From contig NC_092672.1 in NCBI RefSeq assembly GCF_964355755.1, forward strand, positions 38,694,437 through 38,758,436: 64,000 nucleotides of DNA, read 5' to 3'. The position numbers and the translations under genes are program-made. Shown one piece after another: positions 1 through 34,300 of this stretch; the first letter of the stretch is position 1; each line of letters starts with the position of its first letter. Source of the DNA: Antedon mediterranea. Taxonomy: Eukaryota > Animalia > Echinodermata. A model generated the notes under the pieces. It saw nothing but the letters and a program-made list of their open reading frames with translations, was not told the origin of the DNA and did not search any database.

Positions 1-943
1 ACTGAACATACAGTATGTCCTGCATGGGATGAACTGAACATACAGTATGTCCTGCATGGGATGAACTGAACATACAGTATGTCCTGCATGGGATGAACTG
101 AACATACAGTATGTCCTGCATGGGATGAACTGAACATACAGTATGTCCTGCATGGGATGAACTGAACATACAGTATGTCCTGCATGGGATGAACTGAACA
201 TACAGTATGTCCTGCATGGGATGAACTGAACATACAGTATGTCCTGCATGGGATGAACTGAACATACAGTATGTCCTGCATGGGATGAACTGAACATACA
301 GTATGTCCTGCATGGGATGAACTGAACATACAGTATGTCCTGCATGGGATGAACTGAATATACAGTATGTCCTGCATGGGATGAACTGAACATACAGTAT
401 GTCCTGCATGGGATGAACTGAACATACAGTATGTCCTGCATGGGATGAACTGAATATACAGTATGTCCTGCATGGGATGAACTGAATATACAGTATGTCC
501 TGCATGGGATGAACTGAACATACAGTATGTCCTGCATGGGATGAACTGAATATACAGTATGTCCTGCATGGGATGAACTGAATATACAGTATGTCCTGCA
601 TGGGATGAACTGAATATACAGTATGTCCTGCATGGGATGAACTGAATATACAGTATGTCCTGCATGGGATGAACTGAATATACAGTATGTCCTGCATGGG
701 ATGAACTGAATATACAGTATGTCCTGCATGGGATGAACTGAATATACAGTATGTCCTGCATGGGATGAACTGAATATACAGTATGTCCTGCATGGGATGA
801 ACTGAATATACAGTATGTCCTGCATGGGATGAACTGAATATACAGTATGTCCTGCATGGGATGAACTGAATGTACAGTATGTCCTGCATGGGATGAACTG
901 AATATACAGTATGTCCTGCATGGGATGAACTGAACATACAGTA
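1..943. repeat. 32-bp minisatellite (ACTGAA[C/T]ATACAGTATGTCCTGCATGGGATGA)n, about 29 copies, in a TAO kinase intron; runs off the left edge
   Basis: Same phase recurs every 32 nt (position 1 and position 481 are in register); near-perfect copies. Confidence 0.97.
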
Positions 944-973
944 GATATACTGTACTTTAAAGTACATGTTTCT

Positions 974-1100
974 AAAGCTCTGTCTACACTATCAAACTAG
1001 TTATAGTTTATGGAAGTGGTATGCCCAAATATATGATATGACATCGTCATGTCCATATATGGGCACATCACATTTTTTGTCACATAAAGTTAGAGCTTTA
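974..1100. mobile_element. Copy of a ~130-150-bp MITE family with TIR AGCTCTGTCTACACTATCAAAC (Harbinger/Tourist-like)
   Basis: The same TIR and internal GTGATGTGCCC..ATATGGTAGTGATATGACATCATCATGTCC recur at about 3815-3900, 4857-4997, 7374-7496, 8594-8716, 11359-11465, 19828-19950, 53902-54040, 60466-60780, 61170-62255 and 63277-63411. Intact copies are flanked by TTA/TAA. Confidence 0.85.
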
Positions 1101-1156
1101 AACATTATGTGGTAGTAGTATCAGGATTCTTAACATATTTGTGTGTATATTTACAG

Positions 1157-13694
<12,538 letters not shown>

Positions 13695-16600
13695 CACCTG
13701 CTGTAACACAATTTAAATACTTCTGTTATTCATTATAACCATAGTTTTGAGCCAAGTTGGTTGATATGTATAGAAGGTCGTCGACCCAGCATCATGGAAC
13801 CTGATAGCGTGCTGAGCAATTACTTACTGTCTTGGAGACAAAATAGCTAGATGTCACAGATTTAAGCACCTGCGAAGTCATTTGCAGTTTATTCCTAACT
13901 AGTAATATCTGATCTTGTGCGTGTGGCATCATTTGTAAACTCAAGTGTCATCATCTACAATATAATGGTGTCAACTGATCAGATACCTAGTTGTAGGAAG
14001 TCCAGGTGTGTTGTTCCATTGAATAATAATGACATTGTCTAGTAATTTATCAAGCTGGTAACAACACCTGTCCTGCATGCATAAGTAATTCCATGTTAAT
14101 TAGATAATACCATCAATAATACAATGAGTATTAGTTTGAAGAAATTGTTGATAAAGACAAATCCCCTCGGTGTGTTTATATTATAATAAATAATCTAGAT
14201 AATACAATATCTTCCCACATCGATTTAATTACATAGCGATTAAATTGCGCTAAATCCATAATAATTTGATCTGTTTAATCTGCCTTTTAAGCTAATGCAT
14301 TTTAATTAATCCCATTGCTGAGCTGTATGAAATCTACTAATAAGCCTGCTATATAAAAGTTTTTACTAATCCTCTACTAGTGTCCACATTAAGTAAAGTT
14401 TGTCTTCCAGATGTGGATGTTGTCTGTAAACTTATTGTTAATCCTACTTAATCATTTGATTTAGGATTATCTGTGGAAATCTTATTAAACCAGATCAATA
14501 TTTTAAGCTTGTATTTAATGAATGAAAAACTTATTTTACACATGATGTACTATTTTATATTGTGCATTACTTTAACAAAACATGACAAATATAATGTAAC
14601 CAACTTGCATACAATAAATACTATAGATTTTAGGTAACAAAATATGACAAATACAGTAGAGCATCTGATGATATCTTAATTGTTTCTAAAACTAACATTA
14701 TTTAAGTACACGCCTTTTAAGCAATGTTTAATAAGTTTTCTTGTTTTGATTGCGAAAGTGTGAAACATAACAAATAGTTGTTTTATCATCTTTAATTCTT
14801 AAAGCTATCCCCATTTAATGATGAAATTGGAACATTCTTGATTGTATTAGGTTGTTATTTCTATTAAATAGTTGGCCATTGAGAACTTTGTAGTTCCACA
14901 TATTTCAATAATTGCTTCCTTTCATTTTTCTGATAAGCTAACTCACTAACACTGCCAGCCAGTTTGTACTATCAATTTGTACAACACTCTATTTAGCAAA
15001 CATCATTTTCTAGTATAATCATTCTTCTTGATTTACCCCTTTAATAATAATGGACTGTTCCATTTTATTTTAAAGAACTGTCCAATCGACATGTCAGATC
15101 GAAAAAGTTGAGTGTTATTTTATGTATTTCTATATTGAAGTAAAACATCGTTGCTCGATACATAAAATAAATATTTATTTTATATGAACATTTTATACTG
15201 CAAAGTTCAGGCACTTCCTTTAGTTATATTAGATAAGTAACTTCACAGCAATATTAATTATATAAATAGAACAACCATGTTTAATACTCTGCTGTCTCAA
15301 ATTATACTACAATTTTCTTGTGTTCTGTCTACGTACGTAGAAGTTGATTTGGCTGCATAGGTGGCTTAGGTTTCACATCCACTGTTTTAGTCTCTTTATG
15401 ATATGTGTATAACTTCACCAAATCAGTAACATAGTGTCTAAAAATAGGCATAGTCCCCTTGTTGATGTCTAAAAATAGGCATAGTCCCCTTGTTGATGTC
15501 TACTAAATAGTTATCAATAACAATTTTTTATATTCTTCATATACTAATTTTATTTTTCATTACTGTTTTGTTCAATTGAATCATTAAACTATATTATTTA
15601 AAATTTGGAAACAAATGTCTGTAATTATACCTTTCTTGTGCATCTGCTGTCTTTATATATTTAATTGTGTGTGTGTTATATGTAATAAACATTATTAATT
15701 GGTAATTAATTATTACAGTAATGTTCTACAATATTTAATCCTGGTTTCTGTAATACATTGGTGATGTTGTATACATTCAATTCTCCGAGAGTTTATTTGG
15801 AAAATGTTTGGGAATTTGTATTTAGGCACAACAGCATTAATTGGATATGCAAGTGTACATCAGTTATACCAACAATGCTTGTTTACAATATGGATGCTAT
15901 TCTGGAAGCCATCAGCAACACACTTCTTCATAGCCGTTAGTGTGTTATTTTTTTTAAACCAAAGAATCGGACATAATCAATGTACCTCATGATCTTAGGG
16001 TATTATTGTTGTATTAATCATTAATTACCTCACTTATAAATGTTTAATTTTGCTTCTCCATTTCTTAATTCCAATCTCTTACCATTTTATACAGAATGAA
16101 ATAACAAATCATGTTATAAAGTGTTCTCTTCTTTAAATTAGCATTTTTTCATCATTATTTTTCAAACTGTCTCAGAAGATTATATTTATCAGAAAGTGGC
16201 TGATCAAAATGTAGCTTCTGTAATATGTTTCAAACTAAACTAGTTCTTGTAACATGTGTAACTGTTTTCCTATTATTATTAGTCTTAGTTTATATTGTAC
16301 TTTTCAATTTCTGTAAATTATTGAATCCATTTTTTCTGTACACAAAATGTTACGATTAACTGAGCCTTGTAACCATGTGATTCTTGCAAGCAAAGTTATA
16401 ATTCAAAAATTAGTGATCTCTCTGTTGGCATAGGGATGTGTTACCATAGATATATGTTGCTATTTTTTATTTAAATTTGTGTTTATATAAATTATTCAGG
16501 GTATTTAATCATTGGATGATTCCAATCTGTTTGTTAATATGTTTGTGATTTTTCATATTTAATAGTTACATCAATTACTTGGCCTAAGAATGATTAAAGG

Positions 16601-16730
16601 GTTAGTTACATAGTAAACATGTACATATATGACATAATATTTACCAGGTCATAGGTCATTCAGTGATTTACATGCCCTATATTCCATTGTAACTAATCAT
16701 ACTAGAATAAACCTGATTGATTTCCCCATG
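13695..16730 (+). other. Probable long (up to ~3 kb) TAO kinase 3' UTR
   Basis: AT-rich, no recognisable transposons or exons between the stop codon and the BCAS3 promoter; several AATAAA, the last at about 16706. Confidence 0.45.
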
Positions 16731-17279
16731 TTTTATTACTAAACTCTGTTAACAATTTGTTTTCATTTCTCAAAAGAATGAAAAGATACAGATCAGATTA
16801 AAATGCATTTTACACTATCAGAAAAGTTTGTTATTTTTCGTTTAAGCAAACATTACTTGGAGTGTTTTAACGAAAGAGAAACTAAGATTTCTCAGCCGAA
16901 ATAAATATTAATTTATCTTGGAGTTTTGAAGAGCTGAATTCAAATGAAAAGAAATGGAAATTATTATTTTCCAATGACGAATTACATTTTGCTATTGTTT
17001 TACCGATATATATTATAATAATATTAATATTAAGCCTATACAGTATATTCAATATTAATCAGTGAAATTATGTCATCGGGAAAAAAGAACGTTCTTAAAA
17101 TTAGTTTCAAAAAAACAATATAGCCCCCTCTCTTGTTCGCCAAAACGAATCGTCAGCTGCTGTTGTTTTTGTTGTGAAAAACTAGACAGCCTGAGAATTT
17201 TGATACAAATTTGTAATATGTAAAATTAACTTTAAAAGAAGTATTCACAATATGTAATTATCTACAACCATAATTTATA

Positions 17280-25727
<8,448 letters not shown>

Positions 25728-26173
25728 CCGACTGCAAACAACTTTTTAAAAATTACTTTTTAGTTAATATTTTTCCTACAAGTTTTAATAAAATTGAATT
25801 TTCAGACTGGCTTCTTTAACATACACCGAACACTTTACATAAATTTTCACCACTCCTTCCCAATTGAATAACAATAATGTGAAAACATAAATTGTCTGTG
25901 TGTTGATTATTTTTAAAAATGTATTTTTTGCCCAATTAACTAGAATTTGCTGATGTATGTACATTTTTTAATGTAGTCTTTAGAAGATAAATACTGATGC
26001 ACTAATTCTCACTGTGTCTCTGTCATTGATAGAAAATAAGCATTGTATGGCTGCTAAGACGTGACAAAATGAAGCTTAATTCATTAGTAAATGCTATATA
26101 TAATATAAATTATATAAAATTAACTTTGTACACTTAACCTGTATATAAGCATCATCAAATGTTTTATTGTATA

Positions 26174-26973
26174 TGTTATGCGCGATTTGAACGATTTGCG
26201 CAATTTGAAATTGCGCAAAAAAATCCTTGCGCAATTTGAAATTGCGCAAAGAATTCTTGCGCAATTTTAAATTGCGCAAGAATTTTTTTGCGCAATTTCA
26301 AATTGCGCAATCAACTTGCGCAATTTCAAATTGCGCAAGAAAATCTTTGCGCAATTTTAAATTGCGCTGCACAATTTGTAAATTGCGCAAGATAGTTCTT
26401 GCGCAATATGACACCTTTGCGCAATTTGAAAACGAACTGTAAATTTTCCCATACATGGCTAGGCTAGGCCTAGGCAGAGGAGTTTAAAATTTAGTATTTT
26501 ATTATATAAATAAGACCATTTCAATGAAGATAATGTTTAATACTCACTTTTTAAGTTTTTAATATTAGTTTAAGCTAGGCCATGTAACCTAGTCAGTATC
26601 AGTAGTCCAGACCCTAGCTAGGCTAGAGTAGTATAGCCGGCCGCCCGCGCCGCGCCCGCCTGGTGGAACACCACCGCTTCGTTTTCCTTCGTCGGTTCTT
26701 CGACGGTATGCTAACTTATAACAATATTTGCACTACTAAAAATAAGGAAATGCGATATTTATCTTTAATTTTGAATCATTCTTAGAAATTACTATAAAAA
26801 TATGGGTGTGCATGATTTCACAATCTGTCGAAAAACCTTGCGCAATTTGCAGATTACTTGCGCAATTTAATACGTTGCTTGCGCAATTTGAAACACATGT
26901 TTCAATTCAAATTGCGCAAGGATTTTTTTTGCGCAATTTCAAATTGCGCAAATCGTTCAAATCGCGCATAACA
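26174..26973. mobile_element. 800-bp non-autonomous DNA element with long TIRs and TTGCGCAA subterminal arrays
   Basis: Ends TGTTATGCGCGATTTGAACGATTTGCGCAATTTGAAATTGCGCAAAAAAA and its exact reverse complement; TATA on both flanks. Confidence 0.88.
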
Positions 26974-27419
26974 TATACATTTTAGCAACATTACAATTTG
27001 TAGAAAGACTAATGATTTTAATTCAAATGAATTGTAAAATAAATTGTTCAGTTGTCATGTATAATAATTATTAAAAGTATAAGTATATGATTCAAACTGA
27101 CTATAAATTAATTTACCAATGTCATATTTATTAAACTGGAAATGTTTTTTCTCAGGCATTTTTTAACTATGCATATAAAGTACAATTATTTTCTAGAGTA
27201 ATATTGATTTAATTTATTTCATAATCAGTCTAATTAAACTGAGTTTAACTTGTCTAATTCAAGTTTGTGAATATAAAGTTACCAAATAAATAACACCTCT
27301 ATTAACATTGATAGTGTATGAATTTGTTATAAGAACTGGTGAGGAGGTTTTAAGAAAATGCAGTTTTGATGATTTTGTTTGTTTTTTTTCCATATTGCCA
27401 AAGCAGGCAAAATTAAGCG

Positions 27420-27670
27420 ACCTCTCAATTGGCTGTTCGTCTTATTATTATTTTCTATCGTCATTCTGATTGGCTGACTGTTGACAGTAATTGGCACACA
27501 CAGCTAATTATATAAAACGTAATAAGTAATACGCAAACATTATTTATAATATTAATATTAATATGTTGTCTAAAATATATATATTTGAAAATATTTTCTA
27601 ATTTGAGAATAAATGTTTACAAGTGACGGTTTCCAAATTTGAAAATCCAAGTAACCAAGAAGCCGGTGGA
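27420..27670 (+). promoter_or_regulatory. Probable promoter of the uncharacterised gene: three reverse CCAAT boxes and a degenerate X-box-like motif
   Basis: ATTGGC at about 27428, 27469 and 27490; GTAACCAAGAAGC at 27651-27663. Confidence 0.35.
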
Positions 27671-28303
27671 AGAGGCTCTACACTCACAATAACAAACTTG
27701 AACTTTGACCCTGGATACAAGTCGCTGTTGTTGTTTTGGAGATGAAGTAAAAATATGTAATTTAATAAGTAATTAGGCTAGGCCTAGTTAAAAAAAGTAA
27801 TACTGTACTAGCCTAATAATAGTTTTAGGTTAGCCTCTCTAGCCTAGCCGGCTTGTTTTAGAAGCTGGTACTCTTCTAGTAGGCCAGGCTAGGTAGTTTA
27901 GCTAGCGGAGCTCAGCCCACAGACAGGGGCAGGGCCAGGGGGCCATGATGTCTATCCGTCTGAGCTGCTTATTTGCTAAAAACTGCTAGCTAGGTGGTAG
28001 GGCCTAGGCCTGACTGAGAGCCTGCTGCTGAGTGAGTGAGGACCTAGATTCTAGTTGAGGTTATTACCTATGGGCCTATGGGCTAGTAGTAGGCCCGGAT
28101 AATAACCTACTGGGGGGGGGGGGGGGGTTTTGAGGTAGAAGAAAAGAGAAGAGTGCAGCAGAACTTCCTCATCAGTCAGTAAATATTTAAATAATAATGT
28201 TGGATCGATCCATAGTGTTTAATAAGTCACTTTTTTTTCAGCACGTAAACAAACCCGAAATAATAATAAAATGCATATACATTCATTGCTAAATTTGTAA
28301 AAT

Positions 28304-31300
28304 ATGAGCAACCAAGGCAGTAGCAAAGATACACCGGCTGCACAACCTCCTGCTCCAACAAGAAGATCATCATTTTATAGCAATGATTCTAAAAACGTGT
28401 CAAGTAGAAGGGGACGGCCACAGCAGGGTGTGGTGAGCATTATTTAGATTTTTTTTCAATTTATGAAAAACTAATTTAGGTACCTACCGTAACTTATATT
28501 TTTTGTGCATTTATGTGTGTGTATATAATATTATTATATTGTATATCTATTTATTATGTACTAATAATTGTCAATCTTCAAGAAGAATTTCTGTTGTTAT
28601 TTTATGATGGTGATAAACAAATAAAGCATTTCAGTATTCAGTATTACAAAATATATAATCAAAACATTTAAATTTAAAGACAGATATCACATAGCATACA
28701 CGTATTTTTTGGTACCAAACAAATGTTAGTACTGTTGTAGTACCAAACTATTTTTTTCTCGTAAACTTTACTAGGCATCTTATAAGCCATTGTCCTCACT
28801 TGTACATTCTGGACCTACGACTTCCAGGCCTGCAACTGTCACACGAGAGCGACCACCATTAATAGCTAGCACTGGTCCTGATCTGGATGCTATCAAAGAA
28901 AGTGAAGATGACATCATGTCTGTGATGACTGAGGTATATATTGTAACTTTGTTTACATTGAGGTGAAATTTCAGAGATTGTGAAAGTAGAGTAAGTAAGT
29001 AAGTTTTACTATGTGAGAGATTGTTTGTTAATATTCTTATTATTGTTATTTGTTCCCTATATCCACCATACTTTATTTATTTAGAATTTTGAATTATGTT
29101 GACTAGTATTAAAAAATCTGGAATTCTACATACATTTTTTTTAATACCTAAATTAATTATTAATTTAATATATTATTAAATACTTTTGTTCCCCCAGCTT
29201 ACAGGAAATCTTCCAGTACCTAGATACAAGTTTGAGGCTCCTAAGGATCATGAAGCAGCACGCATCATGGATATAATCAGTGAATACTTAGACGAAACAC
29301 AAGTTGAAAGCAAGGTGTTGGGCATTTGTCAGAGTGTACTTGAGAAGCCTCAACTCCCGTACAATCCTTACCCTGAGATGATATCAAGACTACGCTGTTT
29401 TGCTGAGAGGTATGGATGATACTGTCAATCCCTAAATATATTAATGGAGCTGTGGCTTATTGCTTAACATGCTTGCCTTCTAATCCTAAAATCCAGAGTT
29501 TTAACTCACAAATTTGTTTACCCCATTACTTATCCCATTTAGTTTATCAATCCTGTAATTGGTAAGTTTCTGGCTGTTGTATGTATAAAATAAAATGTTT
29601 TTTTACAATTTATGCAAGAATTTCAGTGCAACCAGCTATTGTTGTTGTATACTGTATATCATTCTTGTTGAACCCAACAGTGACAAATGAAATATTTAAA
29701 ACTAAGATTTTTTTCAAACAAAATGCTAATCAATGGTAGTTTTGGAAAATTGAAAAATGTAAAATAATCTATCCCTTGTTTTAATGATTCTCTGGTGAAA
29801 GTAATGATTTGTATTTGTTCTTTTTTAAACCTTATAATGTTTCATTTTTGCATTATAGATTATGTTTCATTGTTGCATTATAGATTATGTTTCTATCTTT
29901 TTTGCAATTGATAAATTGAATAAATAAGTGTTTATTTTGATTTGATAATTTGTGTACAGGTTTCACATGTTTAGAAAGGATATAAAATCATTGAAATCGC
30001 AGCTAGAGAATGCTTTGATTCCAACCAGCATCCCAAGTATATTTGGTGTTGAAGGATGTGATAATGCATGGGGATTAAAGGACATAGTACATGTTGTTAA
30101 TCCAACTGCATTGAAAGCTTATGATTGGCTGCTTACTAACCACATTCCACATAAGATTGATTTTGAAGACAATCAGTATAGTTTTAATGTAAGTGTTCAC
30201 TAAATTTATGAAATGATAGTATAAACTCTTCTTCCATTTAGGAGCAAATTTCATAGTTGAAGGCTACTGCTCCACGGGCTATAGCTGTTTCACTTTTTTT
30301 GGTGTTTTTTTTTGCATAGAGTGTGTGGTGTATACAACACTAAATAATATTTATGTACAAACAATCTCTTGTCTTCACTCTACCACTTTGAATTTTATGT
30401 GAAAGCCTGATTTTGATAGGAAATCTGTTCACCCTCAACATAGAGGTGTTCACCCTCAACATAGAGGTGTTCACCCTCAACATAGAGGTGTTCACCCTCA
30501 ACATAGAGTGGAACCGTTCTCTTTTTATGTGAAAGCCTGATTTTGATAGGAAATCTGTTCACCCTCAACATAGAGGTGTTCACCCTCAACATAGAGGTGT
30601 TCACCCTCAACATAGAGGTGTTCACCCTCAACATAGAGGTGTTCACCCTCAACATAGAGGTGTTCACCTTCAACATAGAGGTGTTCACCCTCAACATAGA
30701 GGTGTTCACCCTCAACATAGAGGTGTTCACCCTCAACATAGAGGTGTTCACCCTCAACATAGAGGTGTTCACTCTCAACATAGAGGTGTTCACCCTCAAC
30801 ATAGAATGAAACCTTTCTCTTTTTTGCCTTTACATTTTATTCATTCATTTTATTATCCACATTATGTTCTTTGTTTAACTTTTAATCAGAAAAATGTATT
30901 ATAATGTTATGATATTGACTTACAATACATGTAGTAATAATTTATTAAAAATGTTATTTCAAAGTTATCAATTGACAACTATGTAATGTACTCTTAATTG
31001 TTCTACATTTTTAGGGTCAAGTGTTAATTGCATTGATTGCGCCATGTATATTTCAAAGCACTTTATACAAAGAGGTTCCATCTTTCACTGTTCGTCTCAA
31101 TTATGTCTTGTATGGACAAAATGCTTCTATGGTAAGATAAAAAAGGATGAGTTTAATATATTAAAAATATACTTAAAATATATAACTTAAGCTATAAATC
31201 TTACATGTTAATACAGAAGGTACAATTTATTTTTGTTTTGTTTAGAGCACCCGAATAATGGTTGACCAGGTTGTAAGGCAAGTAAACATTCTAACGTCGC

Positions 31301-34300
31301 CAGATTCACCCCATGTTTTTCTGAGTAAGTTTACAAAGATTATTTAAGTAAGTGCCAAATTTTATAGCTGATTATTCTCTGCAATGCCTATTTCAATAGT
31401 AAATTCTCTCCTATTGTAAAATGTTTAATAAAGTGTGTTCATGTTATATTAGGAGCTTTGTTATCATCCAGCCTAAAAGGATCAGAAGTGACTGAATGGA
31501 CGTTCCAACAAGAGAAATTTACTAATGCTGTCTTGGAAACTTTCACAAACAAGTCTGTTGTTTCACTAGAGGTACAAAATAGAATCAGTTTGTTTATTTT
31601 TTTAGTTGGATGTTATAAAATGTAACTTCATATCTCAGATAAGCTGTCTTGTTATTATAATGATAATGTAATACTTTTAGCAATATTGTAGACATGACAT
31701 CATGGACAAAGTCTTCAATAAAACCGGACTGGTTCTGCCAGATCAGTCCTAGAAAAGCTATTTTATTGGTCAATTATCCTTATTTAGACGGTTTTTGTGG
31801 TACAATTTCTGTCTAATGAAATTTTTTTTTTTAAACTACAGGGTATTTTCCTTGTGGATCCTTACCAAAGAAAGTATCTTCAAGGAAAAATAGAATTTAA
31901 TTTTCATTTTGTGGAATCCACAAGTGGTGGTAAAGAAAGGTTAGTTTTTATGCCCTATTATTATTATTTTATAAAAATGTTATCTGTTAACAGCTGCCAT
32001 TTTGTTTCGAGTTTGTTTTTTAATGTTTAAATATTCAAATGAAACAAAGTAAGTTGGAATTTCTTTTTTAACATGATGACAACAACAAACAACACAATGA
32101 AAGTAACATTTTCTTGTTTTGAATTTAACAGATTGAAAAGTTACGAGGCTATACCATATAAAACGTTGTTTGAGGGAATATTTTGGAAGAAGGCTGATGC
32201 AGAGGCCTACTATTCTTTGTTTGACTATCCTCAGATGGAATCACCAACTCATTTGCCAGTCACGAAAAAGACAGGAAAAACAAAGAACAAACAAGGAACC
32301 GATGAAGTCCCTAAAGCAAAGGTTACAGGGATTACTGTACACATCAAAGACACTTTTAGGTAATTTAGTTGTCCATTAGTATTTCTTAAAGTTTTTAAAA
32401 TCATGAACTTCGTAAAAAACTGCTGCAGGTGGTTTTGGTGACAATTATAGACTAGTTATTAAAATCATGAGTACAATGTATATTATTTTGGAGCCAATAA
32501 GCATGGCTGGTTCTTTTGGTCCTTTTTTTATTTATTTATTTATTTGTTTTCAATAATTTGTCAGTTTGTATTTATGTTAACACTATATATCCAGGATATT
32601 ATGCATTTATTTAATTCCTTTAAAATAATTTAGTTACTTTACATTTTCTTTTCATTTGCAGGCAAAAGCAGCAACAAAGTATAGCTTCATTGTATGAGGT
32701 ACCAGATGTGTATAAAGTTAGTCATCACACTTTACTTTCTGGCTTGATTGACAGGTGAATAGCTTTTGTTATTGTAGTACTGTTACAGAGGGATTGGCCG
32801 AGCGTTTAAGACAGAGGAAGGGTTCTAGGCTCACTTGCTCTATGGTTCTGGTGGTAGAACGAGTCTTCTAGGATAATGACTATAAACTGTATATCCAGTG
32901 TACACATCTAGTACTGTTACTGTATAATGACATAACACTAAATAACTACCATGTTTCATGATTTTCAGGAAATATCTAATTAGGCCCTTAGTAACCAATG
33001 CTCACTCTCCCATCTGGAGGATGACAAAGTCGGGCAAAGCTTTCTGTAAAAAAGTAAAACAATTTGTCCCCCAAAAGTTTTTAGAATAGAAGGATATAGA
33101 TAACAATTTTGTAAATGTGCCCAATTTTGTGTAGTAGAATATATATCTTGGTTAATTAAAATGGTTTTTTGTTTTTTAGAGGAAAATCAAATTCAGATTT
33201 GCTATTGGAAGTGTGTCAGTTGCATCAGAGTACTTCTGCTCAACTTTACAATTGTATACAATATAATGACGTTATTCAAGATATCATCAATTCAGCACCT
33301 GCTCTCAGCCATGTTAGTTTTACCAACAATTGTTCATGCTTTTAAAAGCCAACTCAGATAGTGTTGCACGATGAGGCCCAACAAGTCGTCTCATCCGGAG
33401 AAAATTTTGTTTAATCACATGGCAACCTAAAATCTACGCCCGACGCTATCTCAAGATGACCCGTCTCGTCAGGATTCAACTCAGACAGCACCAACGAGTC
33501 AAGACGTTTTATCGGGCCTCATCGTACGATGCTGTCTGAGTTGGCCTTAACCATACTTTGTAACAATTAGTATAGATAATAATACCACAAGAGGCCAAAT
33601 CACAATTTGTATTAAAAATATCAGATATATTTGTTTCCATACCGTTTTGTAGGTTAATTATTGCCAATGTGAATTCAAGAATTTACTTGAATTTTGAATT
33701 TTACCACAAAAACATCGATATTTTTCAGAAACATGGTTTTTTATTGGATGTTATTGAAAGGTTGTTTGAAGATTATCAAAAAAAGCTGTTGCCACTTTTG
33801 GACAATTCCTTGTAAGACTTTATGTTATTCAGCATACACACATTTAACATTATACTTTATGTTATTCAGCATACACACATTTAACATTATACTTTATGTT
33901 ATTCAGCATACACACATTTAACATTATACTTTATGTTATTCAGCATACACACATTTAACATTATAAATTATTATTTCCTAATTATAATTTAATAGTTTAA
34001 TTTATCATAGTATTTAAATGTTTTGTTATTTTAAAATTCAACTTAATAATGTAAGGTTTTAATTCATAGTTTTGCCAGGTCATCGGATATTCAGACAAGC
34101 CATAAGTTACTTTGTCAAATAACAAATAAATGCAAGCAGTTACTTACTGAGGACAAGTTTTTACCAAAGCCTGTAAGTTAACATACAACTACTACAGTAT
34201 ACTATCCTCAGTACTGTTATGAATATTATGACAGTGTCAAATCTACAAATCATTTTCTACTTCTTTGTCTAGTTTTTAATGGCGTTGGTTCAGATGAATG

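Noticed and set aside
1-943. CRISPR array (32-bp repeats); likewise the 36-38-bp arrays at 24326, 33817 and 54197
   Set aside because: Units are directly adjacent with no unique spacers, there are no cas genes, and the context is eukaryotic introns.
26094-26442. MRNLKLRK repeat ORFs on both strands
   Set aside because: They derive from palindromic subterminal repeats of a non-autonomous element.
30395-30809. MLRVNTS and FTLNIEV repeat proteins
   Set aside because: 21-bp minisatellite inside an intron; no splice-compatible boundaries.
32969-33182. Possible in-frame TGA (selenocysteine) or frameshift at this exon junction
   Set aside because: The donor is ambiguous by eye, stop-free alternatives exist, and no SECIS was recognised; needs transcript data.
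33281-33290. U12 AT-AC intron donor (ATATCATC)
   Set aside because: Does not match ATATCCTT; the frame stays open to a normal GTTAGT donor that is phase-compatible with the next exon.
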